Part shown: positions 27,573-41,988 of the stretch, piece by piece
How the letters are laid out: every line of letters begins with the position of its first letter
How positions within the stretch are numbered: position 1 is the stretch's first letter
Assembly (NCBI GenBank): GCA_951406725.2
Contig: OX597816.1
Location: 161,014,001-161,078,000, forward strand
Source: Octopus vulgaris
Lineage: Eukaryota
Reading direction: 5' to 3'
DNA length: 64,000 nt
Position numbers and translations under genes: made by a program
Notes under the pieces: generated by a model
The model's database searches: none
What the model was told of the DNA's origin: nothing
What the model saw: only the letters and a program-made list of their open reading frames with translations

Positions 27573-28254
27573 TTATCTATCTACCCATCTGTCTGTCCGC
27601 CTATCTGCCTCTCTATCTGTGTGTCTGTGTCTCTCTTTCTCTTGCTCTATTCTGATTGGATTTTAGTCTCTCTTCTTCACTCTTTATCTCCAATTATTTT
27701 TCAAACATATCATTCACATACACACACACATGCATACACACACACGTATTCACACACATGCATATGCACATGCACACACACACACACACACACACATTTA
27801 CACATGCATACATCCAAGGCCTTTGAAATTTTTCTTTTCCTTTGGTGGTGCGCTTCCTTTCTGTGAACGCTGGTCTTTAATAGATGTAAACATTTATTGA
27901 AGTCCTAGACAATTACTGGTCCTGGGCATGGTGAATCAGTGCACCCCACTTTCAGTGGCACTGCTCTCACCTATATGCACTCCTTCCTATACCAATTCCT
28001 TATTTTCAGTCAATTCAACACATGCAGCTGTTGATTCAAATGTGTTTTTTTTGCCTCTGCAATTTTTTTTTTCACCTTTCTCTATTTGATTTCTCCCCTC
28101 ATTCCATTCTGTATGAAGAGCATAGGCTCGAAACATCAAAGACTCTTCCATTTTCTCCTGAACATCAAACTAATACATTTTGTTTGTTGTTCCCTTATCT
28201 GTCTATCTTTTGTTGTTTGTTTTTTTATACAATTTTGAATCATACGTTATATTT

Positions 28255-28286
<32 letters not shown>

Positions 28287-28341
28287 TTTATGTATGTATA
28301 TATATATATAATAATTATTATTTGAGGGAATAAAATCCAAA

Positions 28342-28390
<49 letters not shown>

Positions 28391-29382
28391 CGTCAGGCTA
28401 TTGTTAGGAATTTTCCTAAGAATTCTAGGTATTACTCTATTATCAATTCACAGATGGTTAGGATTGGTTTTTCCAACACAAAAAATCTCTTACAAATTAT
28501 CTCTTTGCATAATAACAACCTGTTAAACATTAATACATTTACTAATACTAACATTAATTTAGCTAATACCATCCATCCCTCTAGAAATATTAATAACAAA
28601 GTTATTGTATCTGAAGTCAATTCCAACAGAATTAAGTTTATGTCAAGTAACTCTAAAATTAAAAATTCTATATACCAGTGTATAATGAGTACTCGTAATA
28701 ATGTACGATTTTACATTGGAAGCATGTCATTAGAGTTATCTAAAAGAATTTCAATCCATTACTCAACATTTAGGGATAGGAATAAACATAACAGTACTGG
28801 GCTCAGTAAATTAATTTGGGATCGAAAAGACCACAATGAACAATTCAATTTAGAATGGTTAATTCTCTCAATCTCGATATCTTATGACAAAGGCAAGGAA
28901 TTCTGTCTTCTCTGTAATTCTATTTTTCATTATTTTTTCTAAAAATCCCCCTAGTAAACACGGTTATAGAGCATGCATACCGATGTAAACATTGGCAAAA
29001 ACACACCTTTAGTTCATATAAGTAATCTCTATCATTATATATAATTTAAACATTAATTTTCTTTTTATATTTAACATTCACTAAAAAAAAATATTCCTCC
29101 TCTTTCTATAGGTTACTTCTGATGTTATATCATATAACGTTTTTTCAGACAATATTAATAGCGTTCAGTAAATCACTATACATATCCATCATTTTCTGTT
29201 AAAATGTCTTATTGACGAGTTTCATTTCTTCACTTCCCTGAAGAGAAGATTACATTACTTTACACCTTTTATACTTTTGAATAATATCAGTGAAATCTTC
29301 GAAACATGTGTCAGAAGTAAAAGTATTTGAATTATACCTGTGTTAAAAACCCATTTATTTATCTATATATGTGTGTGTGTGT

Positions 29383-29431
<49 letters not shown>

Positions 29432-31391
29432 CGTGTGCATGTGCGTGTGTGTGCGTGTGTATGTATATATATATTATATATACAGGCACAGAAGTGGCTG
29501 TGTGGTAAGTAGTTTGCTTACCAACCACATGGTTCTGGGTTCAGTCCAACTGCATATAACCTTCAACAAGTTTCTTCTACTATAGCCTCGGGCCGACCAA
29601 ACCCTTGTGAGTGGATTTGGTAGATGGAAACTGAAAGAAGCCTGCTATATATATGTATATGTATATGTGTGTGTGTGTGTGTTTGTGAGTCTGTTTGTCT
29701 CCCCAACATTGCTTGACAACCGATGCTGGTGTGTTTACATCCCCATATCCCCATAACTTAGCAGTTTAACAAAAGAGACTGATACAATAAGTGCTAGGCC
29801 TACAAAGAATAAGTCTTGGGCCAATTTGCTCGACTAAAGGTGGTGCTCCAGCAGGGCTGCAGTCAAATGACTGAAACAAGTAAAAGAGTAAAAGAGTAAA
29901 GAGAGTCCTGGAACTTTTTAATACCACCCCTACACACCTGTTCAGTCATACACATATTTACTCACACACAAACATAAATATTGATTTCAAATTTTGGCAC
30001 AAGGCCAGCAGTTTCAGGAGCAGAGGTAAGTCATTTACATTGAACCCAAAACTCAACCGGTACTTATTTTATCAGCTTCAATACTAAAATGGTACTTATT
30101 TTATCAACCCCCAATACTAAAATGGTTCTTATTTTATCGACCCCCAAAAGGTCAGAAGATGACCTCAGCAGAATTTGAACTCAGAATGTAAAGATGAACA
30201 AAATACCACTGAGCATTTTATCTTGCCTAGCATGCCAATGATTCTGTTGGCTGATAACCTTAATACAAACATAAATATTCTTTTCTACTCTTGGCAAAAG
30301 ACCCGAAATTTTGGGGGATGGGGTGATTTGATTAGACTGACTTCAGTACACAACTGGTACTTAATTTATCTACTCTGAAAGGATGAAAGGCAAAGTCGAA
30401 CTCGGTGAAATTTGAACTCAGAATGTAAAGACGGACGAAATACTGCTAAGCATTTCACCCGGCATGCTAACATTTCTGCCAGCTCGCCAGCTTCACAAAT
30501 ATAGAAATTAACACAGGCAAACTCACTTACATACTCACACTAACTCTTTATCTTAACTTCAGTTATTTTCTTTATCTCTGTCTCTGTCTGTCTGCCTGTC
30601 TCTCTCTCCCTTCTATTTAATTAATCTCATTTCTTTATCAAACTCACAAACTTGGTAGCAGTTGAACTCAAAGTAAACAGCTTCAGAAATAAACAATGTG
30701 GTATTCATCAGGTGGTTTAATGACTCAAATACTCTGGCAAGTGGGAAATTTCATGGATCATTTGGACATATTAAGATTATTTTGCCTCTTGTATCACAGT
30801 AAAAAAAAACAACAAAAAACCCCAAACAAAAACAATACAAGAAGCTAGAAAGACAATATTTGGAATCAAAATATTGCCATAGTTTCTTTCCTCTACCATA
30901 AAGCCATTTCTTGATCTACTGTAGTTCCACTCTGTCAAATGGGTTCTCAGTCCTGCAGGCTGCAAGGCAACCTCACTAATGCTGGTGCTAGAAATATTGC
31001 ACCCAGCACATGATGTAAAGTGGTTGGCATTAGAAAGGGCTTCCAGCCATAGAAATCATGCCAATTTAGTAAGTTCCATGGATTGTTTGGACATGTCAAG
31101 ATTATTTTATCACTTGATTCACAGTAAACAGAAAAAAACCCCCAATTTTGGCTTAGTGGGCTGCATGGCGACCTCACTAGCACTGGTTCTATGAAAAATA
31201 CCACCACCACCACCACCACCACCACCACCGCCACCAAAGCATTCAAGGGCATCTGTAGAATCCAAAGTAGACACTGGAGCACTGTGCAGTCTTTGATCCC
31301 ATCGCCATCATCGTCATCATCATCATCATCATCATCATCATCACCACCACCACCACCACCTCCACCACCACCATCATCATCATCATCATCC

Positions 31392-31431
<40 letters not shown>

Positions 31432-31701
31432 TATCATCATCACCATCACCATCATCATCATCATGCAGCATCTGTTTTCCATGCTGGCATGGGTTGGATG
31501 GCTTGACAAGAACTGACAAGACGAGAGGCTGCCCTAGGCTTCATAGTCTGTTTTGGCTTGATTTTTTACAGCTGGACAACTGCCTGACCCATGCCAGAAA
31601 ACACATCGGAGCACAGTGCAGTCTTTGGACTTGTCGGATCCCGTCAAGCTATCCAACACATATCAGCTTGGCACATGGACTTTAAATGATGACGATGATG
31701 A

Positions 31702-31735
<34 letters not shown>

Positions 31736-31758
31736 GGTGGTGGTGGTGGTGGTGGTGG

Positions 31759-31800
<42 letters not shown>

Positions 31801-33314
31801 GGAGGAGGAGGAGGAGGAGGAGGAAATGAATCTCTGGACAATATTGTGAAGCAATCAGAGGATAATACAGACTGACCAACAAAGATACGGATCATTTCAA
31901 TATTATTAAACATATTATGAGAGATTTATAGTTTTAATTGAGGCATTCTTATACTTTAATACTGATTTGAGCGAACTCCAGACATTTAATTGTTACTTTA
32001 AATAGAAATGAAAAGCTAAATGAAGCACACGATGTGAAGTCATGTGGTGTTTGTTTCTTTCCCATATCCTGAAAGTAACCCCGCCCCCCCCACTACACAT
32101 GGAATCTAATAATTATATCACTATACTACCTACCTCGTACTATAACCATCATCATCATTATCACAGTTGTCTCCGTCGTCATTGTCGTCTTCATCATCAT
32201 CATCAACATCATCATCATCATCATCGTCAAGTGTACAGTGACTACCACAATCACTGCTACCTCCATTGACGCCACCACTATCACTATCCATCATTATCAT
32301 CATCCTCCTCTTCACCTCGGCCAGTACCACCGCAACTAGTACCACCACAACCATTACTACTACAACCACCATTACTACTACAACCACCACCACCACCATC
32401 ACCACCACCACCACCACCACCACCACAACCGCCACAACCATCACCACCACCACCACCATAACTATCACTATTACCTTACCACCACCTCCACCACCGCCAC
32501 CTCTGCCACCACAACTACCACCATTTTTGCCGCCGCCACTGCCTCCGCCACAACTATTGCCTCTACCACAACCACCACCATCACTACCACCAACATCACT
32601 ACCACCAACATCACTGCCACCAACATCACTACCACCACCACCATTGTCACCACAACCGCCACACCCATCACCACCACCACAACCACCACCACCACCACCA
32701 CCACCACCACCACCACCACCACTACCGCCACCACCACCGCCACCAGGAGCAGCAACATCACCTTATCTGCAACAGTATTTATTGCTTTTTAATTCAATAA
32801 TCAGTCTCTCCTATTATTGATTCTTCGTACTCACTAACGTAGGGATCAATATGGAAGAATTTGCTTTGAGAACATTACAGCTAAAAATTACAAGAATTTA
32901 ACAGGCAAAAAAAAAAAAAAATAAATATGATAAAAAAAATAAGAGAAACAAATTAAGAAAAAAGATGAAGTTAAATAAGAAAAAAAAAAAAAACAAATGT
33001 GGAAAAAAGAAATGGAAGACTAGGAAATGGCTACAACCAAAATTCAAATAGATAAATAAATAATCATATAAATATACAATTATTTTTCGTCCCACTGCCT
33101 TCAATAGAGTTTCTATTTCTAGCCAGAGAAATTGGACATTTCAATTTATTTGTTTGTTCAACGTCTGAAATCGTATTTTTTTTATTGTTTACTTTCTTTC
33201 CCTCCCCATTTCTCCTTCCCCTTCCCCTTCCCCTTCCCCTCCCTACGTCTCCCTCTCCCTTTTCCCTCTCTCCTTCTCTGGCCCTCCCTCCCACACCATC
33301 TCTCTCTGTCTCTA

Positions 33315-33404
<90 letters not shown>

Positions 33405-33478
33405 GCTTCACAGACCCCAGTTGAACCATCCAACCCATGCTAGCATGGAAAACGGACGCTAAATGATGATGATGATGA

Positions 33479-33541
<63 letters not shown>

Positions 33542-34214
33542 CGTGTGTGTATGTTGTGGGTATGTTTTTCGGTGTGCACGTGCATGCATATGTGTATGTA
33601 GAAGTGCATGCATGTGTGTGTGTGTAATTTTTTTATGCCCCTATTCTTTTATGCATTTCAGCCCTGTGGATGTGGCCATGCTGGGGCATTGTCAATATCA
33701 TCACCAGTATCATATATTTGGCTTTTGGAGTAGGAGTGTGTTTGATATTTCTGCTCTCTTTTGAGTTTCCTGCCATGATGTAGGTTCATCTGTCATCTTG
33801 GAAAGTGAAAGGTCAAGGTGCTTCTTGAAAAATTCTACTCCATCCCTCCCACACACACCATGTACATCTTTCAGGTGTTTTAGCATGATATTAAATAGTT
33901 TAGGGCTTTCGAATCCCAGGTTATTGCAGAACCTGGTCCTCATTCTAGATAGGATGAGTAGGATCTTTGGAACAGGGCAGTGCTGTTTTGTTCAGGTGCT
34001 GGTATAACTCTAAATATCAAAATGTGGTGCCAACTCCTCAAAGATCTTCCATAGGCATAGGAGTGGCTGTGTGATAGGTAGTTTGCTTATGAACCACATG
34101 ATTCTGGGTTCAGTCCCACTTCGTGACACCTTGGGCAAGTGTCTTCTACTATAGCCTCAGGCTGACCAAAGCCTTGTGAGTGACTTGGTAGATGGAAACT
34201 GAAAGAAGCCCGTC

Positions 34215-34251
<37 letters not shown>

Positions 34252-37200
34252 CATATATATACACATACATATATATGTATGTATGTGTGTATGTATATGT
34301 TTGTGTGTCTGTGTTTGTCACCCTCCCCCCACAACATCGCTTCACAACCGATGCTGATGTGTTTACATCCCCGTAACTTAGCGGTTCGGCAAAAGAGACC
34401 GATAGAATAAGTACTAGGCTTACAAAGAGTAAGTCCTGGGGTCAATTTGCTCAACTAAAGGAGGTGCTCCAGCATGGCCACAGTCAAATGACTGAAACAA
34501 GTAAAAGAGAGTAAAAGAGTAAAGAGTATGTATATCCTTGCATATTTTATCAGTCTTTGCTCCATATAATAGAGCCATAATTCTTCCAGTCTCTCCTGTC
34601 TCAAATTCCGCTCTTAATTTGACACCATGGAGTGACCATAGTTGAGAACAATAGTCCAGACAGCTGAGAACAAAAGTCCTCCATAGGACGAGCATACTTT
34701 CCTGGTCCCTTGCTCTGAAAGTTCTCAGGATCCATCTGGCCATTTTCCTGCACATTACTGCCATCATGGTGATATGTTCATGAAATGAGGCATCATTGCT
34801 CATATCAATACCCAAGCAGTATATCATGTTTGACTCCAGAACTGCAGCTCCCTTTGGTCCAAAGTATCTTTGTTGTGATATCTTAGCACTAGCTGGCTGC
34901 TAGCAGAGGACTTGGAATTTTCCTGCATTAAATTGCATGTTGTTTTCTTCAGTTCATTTATATATGGCATCTAGATCTTTCTGCCAAAGATTAGCACTGA
35001 GAGGTTCTTTGACTACTTGTGTTACTTTTGTATCATTGGCATAGGTAGTTATTGTGGCAGTCTGTGTAATTGGTGGCATCTCTGAGAGAGCCACCACAAG
35101 TGGCAATGGTCCCAAGATAAATCCCTGAAGCACTCCGTTTGATATTAATGTCTCCTTGGAGAGAGTCCCAATGGCTGCCACAGCCTGGCTTCTGTCATTG
35201 ATGAGGTCATATAACCACTTTCCTAGTTTTCCAATTATGCTGAATCTTTGTAGCTTGTGACATATCATGCAGTAATTAACCTTATCGCACTCACATTTGA
35301 GTAGTTCATTAGTTGTTTCAACACCCAGTCATAATGCTGCAGAAGCTGTGTTAGGCAGTTTTTTTTTTTCTGACTGGAAGCCATACTGAGTATCAAGGGT
35401 TAAATTATTATCTTCTTGGAATCTGATCATCTTCCTTCCTTTATTCAGAACTAGCAGTATCGCCCGGCGTTGCTCGGGTTTGTAAGGGAAATAACTATAT
35501 TAGCATTTTTAGAGAGTTACTTCCCTTACATAATAGCAAAAAAAATGGGAAAAAATGATGGTAAATTTTTTTTTAAATCGTAGACTCATCATAGACGCGT
35601 GCTAATACCCAGAAGGGCTCGATATAAGATACACGCTTTTGGTTAAACTGCACCACAAAATGTGGGAGTAGTTAGGAATCTAAATCGTAGGAGACAGACA
35701 CTCACACAACTTCACTTTTATATATAAAGATGTTACCAGCACCTTCATGCTGCTATTGCACTTGGCAATATTAAAAACTCTTCAGACATGTTGACTGGAA
35801 GTGCATAGATATGTATAAACCCTAGTTAACTTTGTGTTGGTAAAAAAATCAGAGTAAAACATTGTGAAAAAATTATAACATTTTCTGGGAGAGAAAGATG
35901 AATCACTTCCTGTGGAATGATGTTAGTCATGTTCGAATTTTGTCAATTGTGTGTCCGTATATACATGTCACTCTCTAGTAGAAAATTGCCAAATTGCCAA
36001 AGTGGATTTCTGCTCATGAGGACAGCATCCAAATATTTCTCTTTTTGAATCCGTGAAAGAACTTGGATTGTGTGAATTTTTAGAATGATTCTCCTTTTTG
36101 TCAAGCAAAGTTTGTAATACTTCCTTCCATTTAGATATGGCCCAGGTCATTCCAGTAATATCCAGTTGGTTTTGTACACTGTTGCTTCATTTTTTAATTG
36201 TCATAAATAGCTAGTTTATGTAACACTGTGCCTCTCTTGGATAGTGAAAGAGAGCCATGAAAATCATACCAAAACACACTCAGAAGCATGGAGCAGGCTC
36301 CCACTTGGCCAGCTCCTGTCACACTATCCAACCTATACGAGCATGGAAGGAGGATGTTAAACAATGATGATATTTTGATGATGATGATAATCTGCGATTA
36401 TTCTACCTGGCCTTAAAGTGGCCCTCCACTGTACCAACATATATATCTATATGTGGGTTGCTTTGATATTGTTGGTTGACATTACACCTGCTTTGTAAGC
36501 CATTGTTTCATGTAGTGTACTGACCATTCACTGGGCATTCATTGTAAATCCTATGTGAGTATACTGCTTCTTCCTGTGATCTAAAGGTTCTCACTAATAT
36601 TTTTAATGATAGGCTCACCCTCACACATATATATATATGCATACACATGCATACACACACACATATATATGCATACTCATTCATACACACACTTCACATA
36701 TACAGCATCAATACCAAAGAAAATTCTGTTAGCTCTTAAAATATTTCTCTAGCAATATTTTTGATGTGTGTCATTCGGGTAAGAAACTTGAAATAAAAAG
36801 AAAATTGTCAACCTGTTTCTATCTCTTTCCCATGCTGTAACCTGTAAATGCCTACATTAAAGCAGCCTCTATCTTTACTACACTTCCACTTCATCAACAG
36901 GGATCTTTAGTCTTGCAAGTTACATGGTGACCTGACTAGTGCTGGTACCACCCAGTAGATTCTGTTGAGTGGCTGGTATTAGGAAGAGAATCCAGTCATA
37001 GAAACCAAGCCAGAGCAGATATTGGAGCATAACACATCCCTCTGGATCTTGTTGAATTATCCAACCCATGTCAGTATGGAAGACAGATGGTAAATGTAAA
37101 TAGGAGTGGCTGTGTGGTAAGTAGTTTTCTTACCAACCACATGGTTCCGGGTTCAGTCCCACTGCATGGCACCTTGAGCAAGTGTCTTCTACTGTAGCCT

Positions 37201-37263
37201 TGGGCAGACCAAAGCCTTGTGAGTGGATTTGGTAGATGGAAACTGAAAGGATCTTGTCATATA

Positions 37264-37305
<42 letters not shown>

Positions 37306-38385
37306 GATGTGTGCATGTGTGTGTGTGCCTGTGTGTGTCTGTGTTTGTCCCCCTACCATCGCTTGATAACAGATGTTGGTGTGTTTACGGCCATGTAACT
37401 TTGCAGTTTGGCAAAAGAGACCAATGGAATAAGTACCAGGCTTACAAAGAATAAGTCCTGGGGTCGATTTGTTTGACTAAAGGCAGTGCTCCAGTAATGG
37501 CTGCAGTCAAATGACTGAAACAAATAAATGAATTAAAGATATATATATATATATATACTGCAAATAATCAGAAAATAAAGAAAACCACAGATTAACCAAC
37601 ACATCGATTGGACCACATTTATAGCTTTTTTAATACAAAGCATGACATAACAAAATAGACATTTTGTTATGTCATGCTTTGTATTAAAGAATAAGCTATA
37701 AATGTGATCCAATCAATGTGTTTGTAATTCTGTGGTTTTCTCTATTTTCTAATTATTTGCTATTGGTTCCTGATAAACTCTTGTTTGTCCTGTTGTTATC
37801 TGCACTCTATATGTATGGTGTGCCTGCACTCCATTACCTGGTGATAATACAGGTAACGGATCGAATACCAAAAGTATATACGGTATTTTATCCCTTAGTT
37901 AGTTACTATAACCACTAACACTGCTTACATATATATTGGGTTGGCAACTAAGCTTCTGCTGTTTTTTTAAACTTTGGAATTTATTACGTTTTTAAATTTT
38001 GAAATCTATTTTTTTTTTGAGAATTGAGAGCTTGGTTGGATCAATTTTTCAAGTCGAAATTGGGTGATTTCTACCAATGAGGTATTGAAAATCTAGTTGA
38101 ATGTTGGGAAGAAGTTGTAAACAACAAGGGTGAATACATTATTGATTAATTAGTTGTTAATTTTTATTAAACCTTTTAAAAAATTTAAATTTAAAAAAAA
38201 ACGGGTTGAATGAATTGACCCCAGCAGTACTTATTTTTTTAAAACCTGGTACAAATTGTAACAATTTGTTTTGCTGAACTAAGTTACAGGGGCATAAACA
38301 ATACCAACGCCAGTTGTCAAATTGTTGTGGGGGGGGTGGTGGTGTTGGTGGGACAAACAGACACAAAGTCACAGACACATAGATT

Positions 38386-38434
<49 letters not shown>

Positions 38435-39103
38435 GCATCAACATCATCAGCATTTAACATCCGTTGTCCATGCTGGCATGGGTTGGACGGTTTGACCAGG
38501 GCTGGTAAGCTGGAAGGCTGCACCAGACTCCAGTCTAAATTAGCATGATTTCCTATGGGTCGATGCCTTTCCTAATGCTAACCACTCCAAGAAAGAGATA
38601 GGTGCTTATAGATATATATTTAGATTTATGCGACAAACTTCTTTCAATTCCCATCAACCAAATCCACTCACAAAGCTTTGTCTGGCTCAAGGCTACAGTA
38701 GAAGACATTTGTCCAATGTGCTACACACTGGGACTGAACCTGGAACCGTGTGGTTATGAAGCAAGCTTCTTACCACAAATCCACACCTGTCTCTACTCTT
38801 TTTCTTTTCTTTTCCTCTCTTTTTTCTCTTCCCAACCTCTCTAGAATTTTACAAAGGTCTCTGTCCAAGACAATATACTTCTATTCTAAAATTTTTATCT
38901 TTTTTCCCTTTTATGTTAGTATTAGCCTAATAATAGTATCTTTGGTTTTTTGTTGTTATCTGTTATTCGTATTTGCTTTATTACACACACACACACACAC
39001 ACACACACGTACACACACACATACACAGATTGGCACATATATATATATATACATATATATGTATGTGTGTGTATAATATATGCTAACTGAGCATTTCAGA
39101 GAG

Positions 39104-39166
<63 letters not shown>

Positions 39167-39417
39167 ATGTATATATGTATATATGCGTATTTGTTAACAT
39201 ACATATATACCTACACACACACACATACACATAGATATACACACATATATACATACATATACATATACATATATATCTTTATATATATATATACATATAT
39301 ATACACACACACACACACATACATAGATATACACACATATATATACATACATATACATACATATATATATATGTGTGTGTGTGTATAATATATGCTAACT
39401 GTGCATTTTAGAGAGTG

Positions 39418-39450
<33 letters not shown>

Positions 39451-41282
39451 TGTGTGTGTATATGTATGTATGTATGTACGTATGTATAAATGTGTGTATT
39501 TTGTTAACATACATATATATATACCAACACACACACTTATATAAATATGTACATGTACATTAATATAATTTCATTTTATTTTACTTCATTGCTGTACTTA
39601 TATGCAGTTTCTCTCTCTCTACACACACACCACCCAAACACATGCACACGTGTGTATGCAAATATACAGGAAGAGTTTAATAAATACTCACTTGCAAATA
39701 CACACATCATCATTATAATTATATAATGTCTCTCAATATGAGTTTGCTTGTGTATCCATGTGTTTGCATGTATTTAGTATTGTCTCTCTGTGTGTTTATG
39801 TGTACGTGTCTGTGAGTCTGTGTGTCTATGTTTAATGTCTGTACATCTTCACATTGAAGGAGATAAAGGTATAAGAGGAAAACCAAATACAATTATTTTA
39901 TCGATCAGGAAACATTGTCAAAATGTTTGGCTGTGCTTCACATCTCTGTGCAGTCATCTAAGATATCAAGATTGAATCAGAAAATGAATGCAGCAAAATC
40001 ATGTCTCTGTTTATGATTGTACTGATTCATTGTTTAGCCCCAGGTCAACTCTGATCAGCCAAACATAAGGTCAAAGGCAATCTCAATCTATAAGACCTAA
40101 GATCAAACCCAGCTTCAATCAAGTGGACCAAAGGTCAAAGACAGCCTTAACCAAGCAGATCTAAGATCAAACACAGCCTTAATCAAGTTGACCTAAGATC
40201 AAAGGTAGCCTCTATGAAGCAGACCTAAGATCGAAAGCTGCCTGAGTCAAGCTGGCTTAAGGTAAGACCTAAGATTAAAGGCAGTCTCAATCAAGCAGAC
40301 CAAAGGTCAAATACAGCCTTAATCAAGCAGATATAAGATCAAAGACAGCCTGAATCAAGTGGACCTAAGATCTAAGGTAGCCTCAATGAAGTAGACTTAA
40401 GATCAAAGGCAGATTGAGTCAAGCAGATCAAAGGTCAAAGACAGGTTTTTGTAGTTCACTCATACATTTGCTTGATTTCTCCATATCTTCCATTGAAAAG
40501 ACCTCAAATTCATGGTTGGTGTCAAAAGGGTTAACCAAGCAAATCTAAGATCACAGACAGCCTCATTCAAGTGGACCTAAGATCAAAGGCAGCCTCAATG
40601 AAGCAGACCTAAGATCAAAAGCTGCCTGAGTCAAGCTGGCTTAAGGTCAAAGATAGCCTTAATGAAGCAGACATCAGATCAAAGACAGCCTTGATCAAGT
40701 GGATCTAAGATCAAAAGCAGCCTCAATAAAGCAGACTTTAAGAAAACCTAAGATCAAAGTCAGTATCAATCATGCAAAGATTAAAGGTACTTCAGCCATG
40801 ACCATCCTATTTTTTAAGGCTATGTATGATTACTCTATTGAATGCAGCAGTTCTGAAACACCAGTGCTTCATAACACTGAAAAATATTTTTGAAATTTTA
40901 TTTACTCTTTCTGTTCTTCATCAAAGGGGAGAGAAAATAGAATCTTCTTCCATTTAATTCTTCTTTTTTTGCCATTCAAAAAAAAATTTAGTTTATTTTA
41001 AACTAAATGAGAACAAACATGGAGGGTCATTAGACAAGAACAAGAGTAAAATAGTGAATGCTGGAGAAATGTTTTCTTTGACAAGAGAAAAGATAGGAGA
41101 GAGGGATTTTTTTTATATCCAGTCCTTAGGACGGTCCTGAAAGAAAAGAAAAATGATCACGTGAAGAAAAGAAACATATGGAATTAGAGAAAAGGATGAG
41201 AGAAAAACAGTATAGAGTCGCATCAAAAAGATAAAAATAAACTTACTTGGAAATGGATATATATATACACATATGTACATAC

Positions 41283-41323
<41 letters not shown>

Positions 41324-41624
41324 AAGGGCATCCAGCTGTAGAAACACTGCCAGATCAGACTGGGCCTGGCGCAGCCTTCTGGCTTCCCAGACCCCAGTTG
41401 AACTGTCCAACCCATGCTAGCATGGAAAGCAGACATTAAACGATATTGATGATGATGATGATACAACGAGCTTCTTTCAGTTTCCGTCTACCAAATCCAC
41501 TCACAAGGTTTAGGTTGGCCTGAGGCTTTAGTGGAAGACAGTTGCCCAAGGTGCCACACAATGGGACCGAACCTGGAACAATGTGGTTGGTGAGCAAGCT
41601 ACTTTCCACACAACCAACACACAC

Positions 41625-41708
<84 letters not shown>

Positions 41709-41953
41709 CATATATATACTTTCGTTGTTGCAGCATCTATAGTAGTAATAGTAGTGATGGTGATGTTGACAGTGGTTTTGGCATTTGTGGCAATGGTGGT
41801 ATTGGCAGCAACTGCATCATCATCATCAACATCATTATCCTCAACAATCAGTAGCAGCAACAACTGTAACAACAGTAGCAAGACCAGAAACGGTTGCAGC
41901 AGCAGCAGCAGCAGCAACAGCAGCAGTAGTAATTTTCTGAGTTACTGCACACC

Positions 41954-41988
<35 letters not shown>

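Noticed and set aside
25573-27866. Long ORFs such as [12 protein letters not shown] and LSIYLSIY (also at 8.5-9.3, 39 and 49.7-50.6 kb)
   Set aside because: Stop-free translations of microsatellites, open in several frames; not genes.
28390-28400. CTGACGA on the minus strand as a hammerhead core
   Set aside because: No stem II or GAAA follows; it lies within the PLE linker coding sequence.
32266-32820. Thr/Pro-rich ORF resembling a mucin or formin FH1 region
   Set aside because: Pure (CAC)n-type repeat, open in several frames on both strands, with no flanking domain or convincing splice sites.
40035-40810. CRISPR-like periodic array (also 60872-61140)
   Set aside because: Units are contiguous with no unique spacers; no cas genes; eukaryotic context.
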